The notes below the pieces were generated by a model that saw nothing but the letters and a program-made list of their open reading frames with translations, ran no database searches and was not told the DNA's origin. Positions 13,005 through 24,795 of a stretch of 29,463 nt of DNA are shown in pieces; the stretch's first letter is position 1; every line of letters begins with the position of its first letter. Source of the DNA: Bugula neritina (taxonomy: Eukaryota > Animalia > Bryozoa); the NCBI GenBank assembly GCA_964035545.1, contig CAXIUT010000181.1, positions 1 through 29,463 of the forward strand, read 5' to 3'. Position numbers and translations under genes: made by a program.

Positions 13005-14365
13005 ATGCTAACCTTAGCAAGGAAAGTTGTAGTTAGAGGTTGTTGGTTTTCTTCTAAAAGAAATAAATCAAAATCATAGCCATCTTAAAATTCATAGCCT
13101 TTTTAAAAAGATGCTTTCAAGGCTTATCGAGGTAAAGTTGAAAAGAGTTCTATTTTGAGACAATTTCGTTAGGATGTTTTCGTCGTTCTTAATTGGCTGG
13201 TGATTGGAACAGTTAAAAGGTTTCTCAAGAATAAAGTAAAAAACTTCAAAAGATGTTAAATACTGATAAAGATAAGATGTTGGATAGAGTTAGTGATATT
13301 TAGTTGAGAGCTAATCAAAGACGAAATATGTAATTAATTTTATGATATATAGATTTAAGTAGAATTCTGGGAGAAGTATTTTATCGGATTATGGAAATTA
13401 CAAAGCTTATGATAAAGTGCATCCGATAATGAAAGATCGTAATTTATAGGAAGGGTAATTTATATCTAATAGTGAAGTAACAAAGAATCTTTATAACTTT
13501 ATTGGAAGTTGCCTGATTAATATAAAGAAAACAGGATGTGCAGTCGATTATTATTGATTAATTTCCAGCTAATCGAAGACATACTACCATAGCTGATTAT
13601 GGTAAATAACTTCAAAAAGAAATAAATGATGCTCAAAATGATCAATAGTTGCTATACTAGCAAGCAAAAATTCATAACACTCCAAAATATAAAATTCTTA
13701 ATCCTTAGCTGGATGAAGATGATATCGAAGATGAAAAATTTTGGTGGAGCTCCTGGTTAAGAAGTACATGACTTTACTGGAATACCTAAAAGTATTGATC
13801 CTTGGAATAAAGAGGATAACTTTGAAGCTACTTTATCTCCTAATGCAGTTGATACTATTTATCATTTGTATTTGCAAGGATGGAGCGTGAGAGATATAAG
13901 TAAGAGATTCGGAATATTGCCTGCAAGGACTAAATTTTGTGTTTGGGTTCGAGCTCAACTATATCATGAGATAATACCTAAGATGGGAGTTAAATATTAT
14001 ATGAAGGCTCTTCGTTTTTAGCAGCGTTATAATGAAGAAAAAGCTTTTTGTGATTATGGATTAGATCTTCAAGAATTAACTAATACAGGTGTATTAACTG
14101 AAATAACTGAATGGAATGAAAAAATGTTGGATGCTCAAAGAAGAGAAGAGTAATTTCAAGGAGCTATGCTTAAACTTTAAAAGGAAAAGAAATTTAATAA
14201 GTATTAAATGGTTTAGGTTGGAACTCATGGACGGGAACATAAAAATATCGATTGAAGGAATGGAAAATCTTTAGAGGAAAAGGAAGTGATGAATACTTTT
14301 TGAAGAATAAAGTGCTTAAAACTCTTACTCGGGCCCAAAAACATATGAATCACGTTTATTATTGA
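13005..14365 (+). CDS. Mitochondrial small-subunit ribosomal protein mS45 (Mrps35/Bot1)-like
   Basis: Presequence-like MLTLARKVVVRGCWFSSKR. LSPNAVDTIYHLYLQGWSVRDISKRFGILPAR resembles the mS45 helix-turn-helix core. Intron 13330-13352 (23 nt). About five homopolymer indels must be corrected. Confidence 0.55.
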
Positions 14366-14397
14366 TTCATAAACAATTTGACTATCAAATTTATTGA

Positions 14398-14973
14398 TCA
14401 TCTACTATTAAATGCTGGTCTTCCTCTTCCTCCTCCAGATCCTCCTCGGAAATTACCTCCTCCTTGCCCTCCTCTAAAGTTACCTCCTCCTCTTCCTCCT
14501 TGTCCTCCTCTGAAGTTTCCTCCTGGTGCTTCTCTACCTCTGAATCCTCCTGGCGCTCCTCTTCCTCTTTGCCCTGGAGGTCCTCTTGGTCTGGCAGTTT
14601 GAGGCCTGGTGAATTTTTAAGTTGAGAGGAGATCATCTGGACTCATATAGAAACTTTGTCCTACTTTGAAGTTGGAAATATCTACTCCTTCAACTGGTTT
14701 GACACTGAAATAGAAGGCATTGAGAGGGCCAAATATTTAATCTATAGTACCAATTTTAGCTTTATTTTCTAGATAGACAGATCTGTTAAATTTAGGGAAA
14801 CGACTCATATCATTGCACTTGAGAACAAGACTTCTTTCTGATTTATGAAGGTATGTGGCATAAGCAACAACGTAACTTGGTGGTTAGTCATTATTAAACC
14901 TTTTATTAGGAGGTCCTCCTCTGAAGTTTCCTTTTTGTTGATATGAGTTGTTAGGTTTAAAATCTTTTCCCAT
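14398..14973 (-). CDS. GAR1: H/ACA snoRNP subunit Gar1, 191 aa
   Basis: [34 protein letters not shown] core (TAA = E in DEIFGP) flanked by RGG-rich arms. Intact frame. Confidence 0.95.
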
Positions 14974-15101
14974 GATTATTTCAACAGTGATAATTATATT
15001 ATTATAAATGATTATTAATCATCAGATTTAAAGAGATTTAGATCCTTAATATTCAATAGATTATTACTTTTTTTACTATATTTATTTCTTTTATATTGTG
15101 G

Positions 15102-17245
15102 ATGTAAGAAAAAGGATATAAAGAGGAGGAATCTGCTAATAAAGAATAAGAAAATGTTGAACAGATAGAATAAGATAAAAAAGATCCTGAAACTCTCTCA
15201 TAAGGAGAAAGAATGGGACTATCCAAACAACAACTTAGAAAACTTGCTAAAAAATTAGAGAAGAAACAAAAAGATGCGAACAAGTAAAAAGCTAAGGCTT
15301 TAGGTCAAAAATAATCAAAAAAAGTAGAAGGAAATAAGCCAAAAACTTAGATTGACTAAAAATATCGAGCATAATTTAACAGTCAAAAGATCGTTCTCGA
15401 GTCAAACAAATCTCTTCCAAAGGAGAATGAAGAAAATATTTTAGTAACTTCTGCTCTTCCCTATGTAAACAATGTCCCTCATCTGGGAAACATAATTGGG
15501 TGTGTTCTTTCAGCAGATGTTTATTCTAGATTCAAAAAGTTACAAGGAGTCAACACACTATATATAAGTGGAACTGATTAATATGGAACAGCTACTGAAG
15601 TCAAAGCACTGGAATAGAAGAAGACTCCTAAAGAGGTGTGTGATCACTACTTTAAGATACATGATGAGGTGTATAAATGGTTTGATATTGGTTTTGATTA
15701 TTTTGGAAGGACTAGTACTGAGTGGCATACAAAAGTTGTCCAGGAGTTGTTTTTGAATTGTAACAAGCAGGGTAAGATAAGTCAAGAAGAGATGACTCAA
15801 TGTTTTTGTGAGCATTGTAATTTATTTTTAGCTGATAGATATATAGTTGGCAATTGTCCTTTCTGTTAATTTAACTAAGCTAGAGGAGATCAATGCGACA
15901 AATGTCAAAAACTGTTTAAACTAGCCAACCGAACTAAAAGATTACAAGTGCAATATATGTCGTAATAAGCCAATAATCAGATAGACAACTCATTTCTTTC
16001 TGAATTTGCCATAGATAGTGGGATAATTAAAGACTTGGATTGATTCTGCAACTAAGAACTGGTCTGCTAATTCTATCGCTATAACTAATAGTTGGCTGAA
16101 TATGGGTTTGAGATCTAAGTGTATAACACGTGATTTGAAATGGGGAGTGCCTGTTCCTTTATAGGGGTATTAGAATAAAGTTTTTTATGTATGGTTTGAT
16201 GCTCCTATTGGGTATATATCTATTACTGCTGGACATCTTGGATAAGGTTATAAGAGTTGGTGGATGAGCAAAATGGTTAAGTTATATCAATTTATGGGCA
16301 AAGATAATGTTCCTTTTCATACTGTTATCTTCCCTTCTTCTCTTATTTCATCTAAAATGGATTGGACTTTACTTAGTCATTTGTCTACTACTGAATATCT
16401 AAATTATTAGAATGGAAAGTTTAGTAAAACTCATGGAACTGGTGTTTTCGGCAACCACGTTATTTAATTATAAAAATATATTCCTAGTTAGATATGGAGG
16501 TACTATCTTCTGGTCAATAGACCTGAGACAAGTGATTCCTAATTTTCATGGCAGGGTTTTGCTGATAGAAATAATAACTAATTGCTGGCTAATTTAGGCA
16601 ATGGTGTTCATCGTGCTCTTCAATATATCTATCACAACTTGTCAGCAAAGATACCTAAAGTTAAAATAGATAGACTAACTGAAATGGATTTCGATTTTAT
16701 TAACTAACTTAAAAGCAGATATTATAAGTATCGATAATTGATGAATACAATTTAATTGAAGTAGGGTCTTAAATTTTGCATGGAAGTTAGTTCTAGTGGC
16801 AATAAGTATCTACAGGAATCTAAGTTTTGGTAGTAATAAAACAAAAAATCAGGAAGGTATTTTATTTATAATATAGAACTGAAATAGTGTTGAGTATTAT
16901 TACGAATTTCATCAGATTTTAATCTTTTCTATTTGAACCTTATATGCCTTCTACTAGTGCTAAAATTAATTTCCTTTTAGGACTTGAAGAAAGAACTCCA
17001 AGGGATGCTGTTTTAGGAAAAATTATCAATTAGAATGAGGAAAGTTGGATTGACATCTTTTAAATTTGACAGAAAAGTCAACTAAAATTAGGCAACCAGT
17101 GCCTTTGTTCAATATTATCAGTTAGGAGCAAATTCAAGGATGGAGAGAACGATTTGGAGGTAAAAAGGAAGTCTAGGAAAAGAAGTAGGTTAAAAAAGAG
17201 AATAAGGGAGAGAAAAAAGTCGAAGAAGCATCAATAAACAAGTGA
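15102..17245 (+). CDS. MARS1: Cytosolic methionyl-tRNA synthetase
   Basis: [28 protein letters not shown], Zn knuckles (CEHC, CPFC, CDKC, CNIC), [40 protein letters not shown]. Intron 16857-16876. Apparent indels at ~15915 and ~17058. Confidence 0.96.
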
Positions 17246-17469
17246 TAATTAAAGAAGTCAAATAATATTATTTATTTAGATCAATCTTAACTTAACTTTA
17301 TTTAATTTTTTCCATTCAGTATAAATATATTTTTTATTTCATGATCTTTTGTATTTGTTTTTAAGATAATTAAAAATTTATTGTAGCTTATTGAATCAGA
17401 ATTTAATCAGTGGTTTTATTTAAATGTACATTAAAATCTAAACTTCAATAATATTTACCTATCAATTCT

Positions 17470-18122
17470 ATGCAAGTTTGTATCAAACCAATCGAAGCAA
17501 GTCTTACTCATGACACATAATTCCTCGCAAGAATGGTATCTCTTTCTTAACCAAGGATCCTTTCTGTAAAATATATCTGGGCGGGCAGTTCCATAGATCG
17601 GCAACTTGTTAAAGTGGAGGCAAAAACCCTCACTGGAACGACAGATTCTTCTTCTCTTTGATGCAGAACTGTGATCCAATTCTAAAAGTCGAAGTTTGGG
17701 ACAATGATGCTGTCAATGACGATCTCATTGGGGCAGGAAGTTACAACATCATGCAGTACATGAGTCAATGTACCAATACTACACGTAAATAATTGACTAT
17801 TTAGTACTTGTTGATCTCTACTACAACAGCAGACCTGCAGGAAGAATCAGTATTGCTTTGGAATTCAATCCAAATCAGATGGGAATGGGAATGGGAATGG
17901 GCATGATGAATCCAATGGTCAATCCTATGGCTAATTATGGCATGGGAACAATGGGACCAATGGGGCCTATGGGACCAATGGGAGGTATGGGACCAATGGG
18001 CATGGGAGGAATGATGGGTGGCAATATGGGTCCTAACGGTATGGGAGGTATGGGAGGCAATATGGGACCAATGGGCGGTATGGGAGGAATGGGTGGGTGG
18101 ATGGAATAATAACGGATGGTGA
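17470..18122 (+). CDS. C2-domain protein with Gly/Met/Pro-rich tail (paralog A)
   Basis: HDTEFLARMDPFCKI...GGKNPHWNDRF...LKVEVWDNDAVNDDLIG. Introns 17536-17555 and 17785-17804. Removing one extra G at ~18096 restores the GGWNNNGW-TGA end seen in paralog B. Confidence 0.9.
17879..18100 (+). repeat. Coding low-complexity (MG/GPM/GGM)n repeat
   Basis: Degenerate ATGGGN repeats translating as MGMG, MGPMGP and GGMGG. Confidence 0.9.
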
Positions 18123-18295
18123 TCATTATCCTTTTATTCAATGAATTCATATTATTTAATACTCTTTTTAATTTCTTTATCTTTAGGTGATCTTTAAGGT
18201 TAATCTCTTTACTTATCTTCAGATTTTTACTTGTAACAAATAATAATTATTCATTGGAGTTTAATGTTTAAGAGATTAATAAATAAGATATTTCA

Positions 18296-18938
18296 ATGCA
18301 GGTTTCTATCAGACCCATGTAAGCTACTCTTACCAGAGACACTTAGTTTCTGGGAAGAATGGTAAATCATCAGTAATTCAGGACCCTTTCGTCAAAGTCT
18401 ATCTTGGAGGTCAATTTTTCCGGTCATCTACCTGTGAAGACGGAGGTAAAAACCCTCACTGGAACGATAGATTCTTCTTTAATGTAATGCCCAATAGCGA
18501 TCCAACTCTTAAAATATAAGTTTGGGACAATGACAGTTGTGAAGACGATATGGTTGGTCGAGGAATGTACAACCTCTCTCAAAACTTCATGCAAGGAATG
18601 AATCAAACTTGTATATCTAGCTTTATGTAGTGATGGTCGACCTATTTTTCGGTAACAGACCCGCTGGTAGAATCAATGTCTCTGTTGAATTTAACAATCA
18701 AGGAGGTATGGGAGGAGGAATGGGAATGGGAGGCGGTATGGGCATGGGTGGTGGTATGGGAGGAATGGGCGGTGGTATGGGAGGCATGGGTGGTATGGGA
18801 GGTATGGGAGGAGGAATGGGAGGCATGGGAGGAGGTTTCGGAGGTAATATGGGTGGAGGAATGGGAGGTGGTTTTGGCGGCAATATGGGAGGAATGGGAG
18901 GAAATATGGGAGGTGGAGGGTGGAATAATGGATGGTGA
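18296..18938 (+). CDS. C2-domain protein with Gly/Met-rich tail (paralog B, tandem duplicate)
   Basis: RDTEFLGRMDPFVKV...GGKNPHWNDRF...LKIEVWDNDSCEDDMVG. Introns 18362-18381 and 18611-18630 lie at the same positions as in paralog A. Ends GGGGWNNGW-TGA. Confidence 0.92.
18702..18920 (+). repeat. Coding low-complexity (GGM/GGGM/GGF)n repeat
   Basis: Degenerate GGAGGNATG repeats. Confidence 0.9.
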
Positions 18939-19017
18939 TATATCCTTTAAAATCTTTATTTATCTTTTCCTAAATTATTTATTTTTCTCTTTTAGATAAT
19001 TAATAATTCAATCAACA

Positions 19018-20513
19018 ATGCCAGCATCATCAGACAAAGTGCAATACATTCTCTAAACAACTTTATAATAGTCTCTTCCGCTAGTCCGCAAAGGAATCTT
19101 TTCTTAATCCTAGTTGCAGACCATAATGTCAGTGCGTTAGAAGCAGTAGCACTCGATGTTGAAGAGATAGTACAAGATGACTGATTATTTGGGTGCAATA
19201 TAATATGAGTATTCGTTGTAGCGTGAAAGAAAGAAGAGAATGACAGATATAGCTAAGGTGTAGATGGGTAGTAATCCTGTATTTAGGAAATAATCTGGTG
19301 CTGATTTTGTTGGTATATTTATTGATATTTAGTTGTAAAACGAATTTTGAGGCTTTGGGATAGAACGATGCATAAATATAAGTTTTAGTTGAGATTATGG
19401 AAACAATATCTTAGTTTGACTATTGCCATTGGTAGTAAAAAACATTTTTATAAGGTTTTGACTAATGCTTTGAGATTTTTACCTTTTTAGGTGTAGTTAT
19501 GGAAAATAGGAGCTTGTTATTAAAGTTAGGTAGGTAAAAATATGTGGAAAGGAAGAAAAATATTGGTTAAAGGAATGAAAATGGTACCAAAAGGTTTAAG
19601 AAACATGTAATTAGGTGAATTTATGATTGGTTATGAGGTAGATTTTTTGAGACAGTTGGTATAAAGAAAAAATATATTGGTTAAAGGATAGACACAGATA
19701 AAAATGATTGGAAACTAGGATTAATAATCTTAAAACTAATAGGAATAACATGAAATATAAACAATGAATCTTTAAAATTACGACAACATAATATGTTTGG
19801 TTATTTAGTAGCTAATAACTAAAAATAACGATTAGAGTTCATCAAAACTAAACTTTATTTCAATAAAAAAGAGGTTATTCGATTTATTGCATGGCTTAAA
19901 AAATAGATAAGATAACAAAGAAGTAAAAGTGGTATTGCAGAAGGCGATCGATAGATTGAACTAATGCAAAAACACATAAAATTAATAGTAATAAATTTAA
20001 TAGGTTCAAATGAAAATAGAGAGGATATAGAATAGCAATTTACCATTTATTGAATAGATAAATAATTGGAAATAGAAGATGTTGGATAATGAAGTTAATA
20101 TTAAATGGAATGTAGTCTTAAAGGCTTTACAAGTATATTGTTTGAAGCCATAGTATTTGATATAATTTTATCAATTTCTACTAAAAGTCAATGCTAAACA
20201 AACTGTTCATTTTATTCTATCTAAAAGAAATAATACGAAATTGCCTACTACTATTTTATAAAATTTGCTTGATCTTTATTTTTAGGTATCAGATAAAAAT
20301 ATGTTAAAATTGGTTATAAGTCAAATTGATCGATGGTTGACTGCATCAGATGTCAAAAATAATATTGATTTGCTTTCGAAAATAGCTAAATTTAACTTAA
20401 AATAGTAAAGATTTTAGAGTACAACTAAGATCTTACGATCAGTATCTATCTAATATAGAAGTGAGCCTTAATTTATTGCTTTGTGTAATAAGGTGTCTAA
20501 TATCAATAAATGA
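19018..20513 (+). CDS. UTP6: U3 snoRNA-associated protein 6 (SSU processome, HAT repeats), ~491 aa
   Basis: DKVQYILE...KGIFSESELQTIMSVRE...DYLGAIEYEYSLERERKKR...KRILRLWDR...LWKQYL matches the Utp6 N-terminus. Intron 19313-19332. The frame is intact to TGA. Confidence 0.85.
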
Positions 20514-20545
20514 TCTTTGTATTTGTGATATCAATAATATTAATT

Positions 20546-21503
20546 ATGAGTATGTAGAATGTGACTATTCGTAAGTCAGAAGAAAATCCTTAGAAAAATT
20601 TGATAGCAATGAAAAATCGAGTGCATTTATTGCGAAATCAATTGAAAAAAGAAAAAGATTCAATACAGAAGCATAAAAGTATGACATAGGAGATGATCCG
20701 TAAAAAGGTGGAAATAAGCAAGTTGTCTGTTTTGGTATTATTTCTGATAATTAGAGAAATAAAGATTATGTGGGAGAGTAGATGGAGAGAGAAAGATTGA
20801 AATAAAGAAATTTATCTTTGAGATAGGGGCATAAAAAATAGATGGATAGTATATTTAAGGCGATTCATCTTGTTAAATTGGATTAGGCCAGGAAAGTTAA
20901 AAAGATGTCGAAGCAAAATAGATCTATTATTAATTAGAGATAGAGTCAGAATAAATAAAAACAGGAGTAAAGAAAAAAAGATCAAGCTTTTCAGACAGAA
21001 GTGGCTAAACTAAAATATTTATAATATTGAAGAAAAAGATGAATTCTATTTTGGCTGATGGTCAAAGAAATAAAATTTAGATATAAAAAGAAGCTAAATA
21101 AAAGAAACAATAACTGATTGAATATAAAAAAGAAGAGGAAGAACTTTTGGACCAACTGAATTGGATGCAGAAAGAGGAAACTGATGCTAAAAAAGAATAT
21201 TTGGCTTCTTTGACTTTAGGTAGCAAATAAATATTGAGAGGTTTTGATAAGAAAGGTAATAGGACTAAAGATAGGAGAAGTATTAGTCCATTAAGTCAAA
21301 GATAAAGTAAAGAATGGTCATCAGAAATGTAAAGATCTCGATACAGTAAAGGATAAATACGATATATGGAAAGTTAGTTATCAAAAATATCTAAGCCGAT
21401 AATGAGTTCAAATGATTTGAAGTTGCCTAGGACGAGTGTGGATCCAGATAAGCTTCAGATAATTTTGAATGAATTACAGCAGTTATAATCTCGATCAAAA
21501 TGA
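20546..21503 (+). CDS. Hypothetical coiled-coil protein, ~310 aa
   Basis: MKNRVHLLRNQLKKE...EEEELLDQL. Intron 20735-20754. One apparent -1 indel at ~21027. Confidence 0.75.
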
Positions 21504-21546
21504 TAATTTTTATATTGTCCTTGATTAAGTTATAGAACTAATTTAA

Positions 21547-23465
21547 ATGAGTCGAATTAACTTCCGTGCGGAGGGTCATCGAGTAGAAGCTCCATCCAAT
21601 AGAGATCTCGAACAAAAGCTTACTTACCAGCAACTACTTAACTTGAACCATGATCTTAGTAAATAAAATCAGCAACTTAAAAACATCTGTATTAATTAAT
21701 GTATTTAGCTAGTCGTCTCGGTCAGGAGTTGAGAAGTCTGCATACTCAATTTGATATCAGACCAAGAGATTAAAACAACTAACTGTATGGAGCCATTGGA
21801 TCACATCCTATTTTGCATCAGTATGAGTTGACTTTGATTCCCTTGTTGGAGGCTTATTAAGCTAAAATTCAAGAGTTTTAGAGTGGATTTTAGACAATTA
21901 ATGAAGAATTTATCAATCTTGAAAAGAAATATATTGAAGTTTCTTCTGATAATGAACGTTTGAGGACAGATTTAACTGGTAAAATCAAATAACTTGTTGA
22001 AGTCTACCAATCTGGAAGTTCTGATAAACTTGGAGCTGATTTTGGACAAATCATTCTGGCACAGACCAATGATAAACAAAAGTTTTTGTCAGAAGAAAAT
22101 AATCGTTTAGAAAGATAGTTCCAGAAATATCGTTCTTAGTCATAAAAATATTCAAGAGAACTTACTGAGAGTAAAAGACGTTAGCATGATGCTTCTTCTA
22201 GGTTGAAACAACTTGAGATTGAACATAGACAGGCTGAAGGAGAATTGAAGAGTTTAAAGGAACAGCTTTTTGAAGGTCAAATGAGAAGTAATTAATTGGA
22301 AAGTGAGAAGAAGAAATTATAAAATGATATTCAAAGAGCTATGTCTCAAGTGGCTCAGCTAAACAAAGATAGAGATGGTTTGATTAAAAACTATGAAACT
22401 TTAAAGAAAAACTATGAAAAAGACGTATCTCAAGCTCAATTAATTGAATAAAGAAGGGATTAAAGTTATGTTAAAAAGCCTTTAGAAGAGGACTAAACAA
22501 CAATTTGGAGAAGATAGTCATAAAAAGTTGGCAAAAATGCAAAAAGACTTTGATATGATTACAAGATAAAGAAACAAACTGAAAGAATAACTTAACTCTT
22601 ACAAAGTGAGTCTATAAACTGCAAATGATCAATTAGCAGAGGTCAATAAAAAGATGGATACACTATCTAATGAAAAAAGAGCAGTTGAAATGAGTGAAAT
22701 TAAAAATAAGAAATTATTGGATCAATTTACTTAAAAGAGTAAGATTGATATTTAGAGGATGAGACGTCAAAATGAAGATGAAGTAAAAAGGATAGAAGAT
22801 GATTATTATGCTAAAATTGATGCTAAACAGAAGCAAATAGCAAAAATCTAAGAGGATTTAGATTAGATAAAACTTCAAAAGGATAAGTTGGAGCAGGAAA
22901 ATATTATTCATACTACTCTAGCTAAATAAAATAAAAAAGATTATCGCTCAAAAGATAACAAAAGAGCTGCAGAGAAGTTAGAAGAGAAATTAGCTATTAA
23001 CTAAGAACTTTTCAAAGAACAATTGCAGATCATTGAAAATGACAACGTCTACTTGAAAAGATAAAATTAAAGTTACAAAAACGAGGTCAAGGAAAAGAAT
23101 GAAGAATTAAGAAGACTTCGACAAGAATTGGAAAAAGTTAAGAGGTAGCTAATAGAAGCTGAAGAAAAGCATGTTATTATCATCGAAGAAATAAAGAGAG
23201 TGAGGAGTGAGTATGAAGGCAGTCTTCGAGATAAGTAGCGACTCTTTGATCAGAAAGTAAAAGAAATTCGAATGGTGGTTGAGTAATCCTAGAGGAAACG
23301 CAAATCTGAGCGTGAGAAGGTGGCTGAATCATCTCGTGAATATAAGAGAGTACTATTAATATAATTTAGGTGTTAGAGGATATAAAGAACACTTATGAGT
23401 AGCGAATTCGTGTATTGTAGGGCTAACTTATTAATAATAATAAAGGACGCAAAGAAGTATATTGA
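21547..23465 (+). CDS. Long coiled-coil protein, possibly CEP89-like
   Basis: E/K/Q-rich heptads over ~620 aa. LIPLLEAYEAKI resembles the CEP89 PLLxAY motif (weak family call). Introns 21689-21708 and 23350-23369. Indel(s) at ~22480-22530. Confidence 0.75.
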
Positions 23466-23637
23466 TTTGATGATATTTCTTTTGATATATGGATAAATAA
23501 ATATAATTATTGAATGAAAATATTGTGGAATAATAATTAAAAGATAGATTATTTTATTATTTTATTGATGCTATAAGTATTTTGATATTTAAAATAAAGA
23601 ATTAATCGAAAAGTTATAAACTAAATAAATTTCTGAG

Positions 23638-24771
23638 ATGACTCATAGAACAAATGCAAGAGAGTTCACTATAGTTCGCTACGAACAAGGGAACATTCTC
23701 CTCTACCACAAACCATCCAAAAAAACTTACCATTACTTCGAAAAAATTCCATAGTTCTCTCTCCAACAACAAATAATCCATCCCATGCTCATCCGTCCTA
23801 TCATCTATAACAATGGACTTCTTTATCCTCGTGGATTGTCTACTCTTTAAATAGAACTTGAGAACAGAAGAAGAGCTCATGCTTTTATTCCTTTCTAGGA
23901 ACCAGAACTCATCAATACGTTTGTACCACTATTGGAGTGTATTCAATTTTTGCATCAGAAAGGTATAGTGCATGGAGGCATTGTTCCATCGAATATCATC
24001 TATACTGAAGAGGAAGAGATTAGAGTGAGGGATTGGATGACTGATTGTAAAGAAAATGTATATTATTCGAATAAGAAAAGAAAAGATATTGTCCAGGAAG
24101 ATGATTTGGCTGCTTTGGGACATATTATCGCCCAGGCTACTACTCTTAAGAAAGGAAATAAGGTCTTACAAGAAAAAGAGCTTAGTCATCTTCTTTAAAA
24201 TATCATTGATAGGTATAGTAAAGGGTTTATATTCGCTTTGGCTGTTATGTTGAAGAAAAATAAAGAAAGATATGACTTGCTTCATCATTTCTTTAACAAT
24301 TAAGAAAAGTATCTTGGAGATGTCGAGTTGAATTCTCTTTATGAGTCTATCAAAAAATAAAAATAAAAAAAGAAACCCATAGTCGTTACCAATGAAAACG
24401 CCATTCCTAATACTTTACCTATTCGAGGTATTACTTCTCTTCATGAATCTCCAGTTAAGAAGAGCACTCCTCATACATCATTAAACAGCACAACAAAAAG
24501 AACAAAAGATGATTAGAATAGAAAAGGAGGTAACTAATAGACCAAGAAGAAGCAGATATAAAAGATTAATAAGATAATATAGCGAAGTAATGATTTTGTG
24601 AACGAGTTGATGGCTCGTAAGAATAACGAGCAGATACTAAAGAAGATAGCGCCTAAACCCAATATCGCTAATATTTCAATGTATACCTAGGCAGTGAAGA
24701 AAACTGTAAAGGAAATCAGTATTCAGATATCTCCTACTAAGAGAATCAGAGCTAGTTCTAGAAAGAAATGA
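23638..24771 (+). CDS. Protein-kinase-like pseudokinase, ~377 aa
   Basis: LLECIQFLHQKGIVHGGIVPSNII...IRVRDW...DDLAALG follows kinase subdomains VI-IX, but the HRD Asp, DFG and Gly loop are absent. Intact frame. Confidence 0.8.
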
Positions 24772-24795
24772 TGTTTATATTATCATTTAGTGATA

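Noticed and set aside
17879-18920. G-rich repeats as a CRISPR array, internal telomere or satellite
   Set aside because: They show codon-phased, third-position-degenerate periodicity and encode Gly/Met tails, with no repeat-spacer structure.
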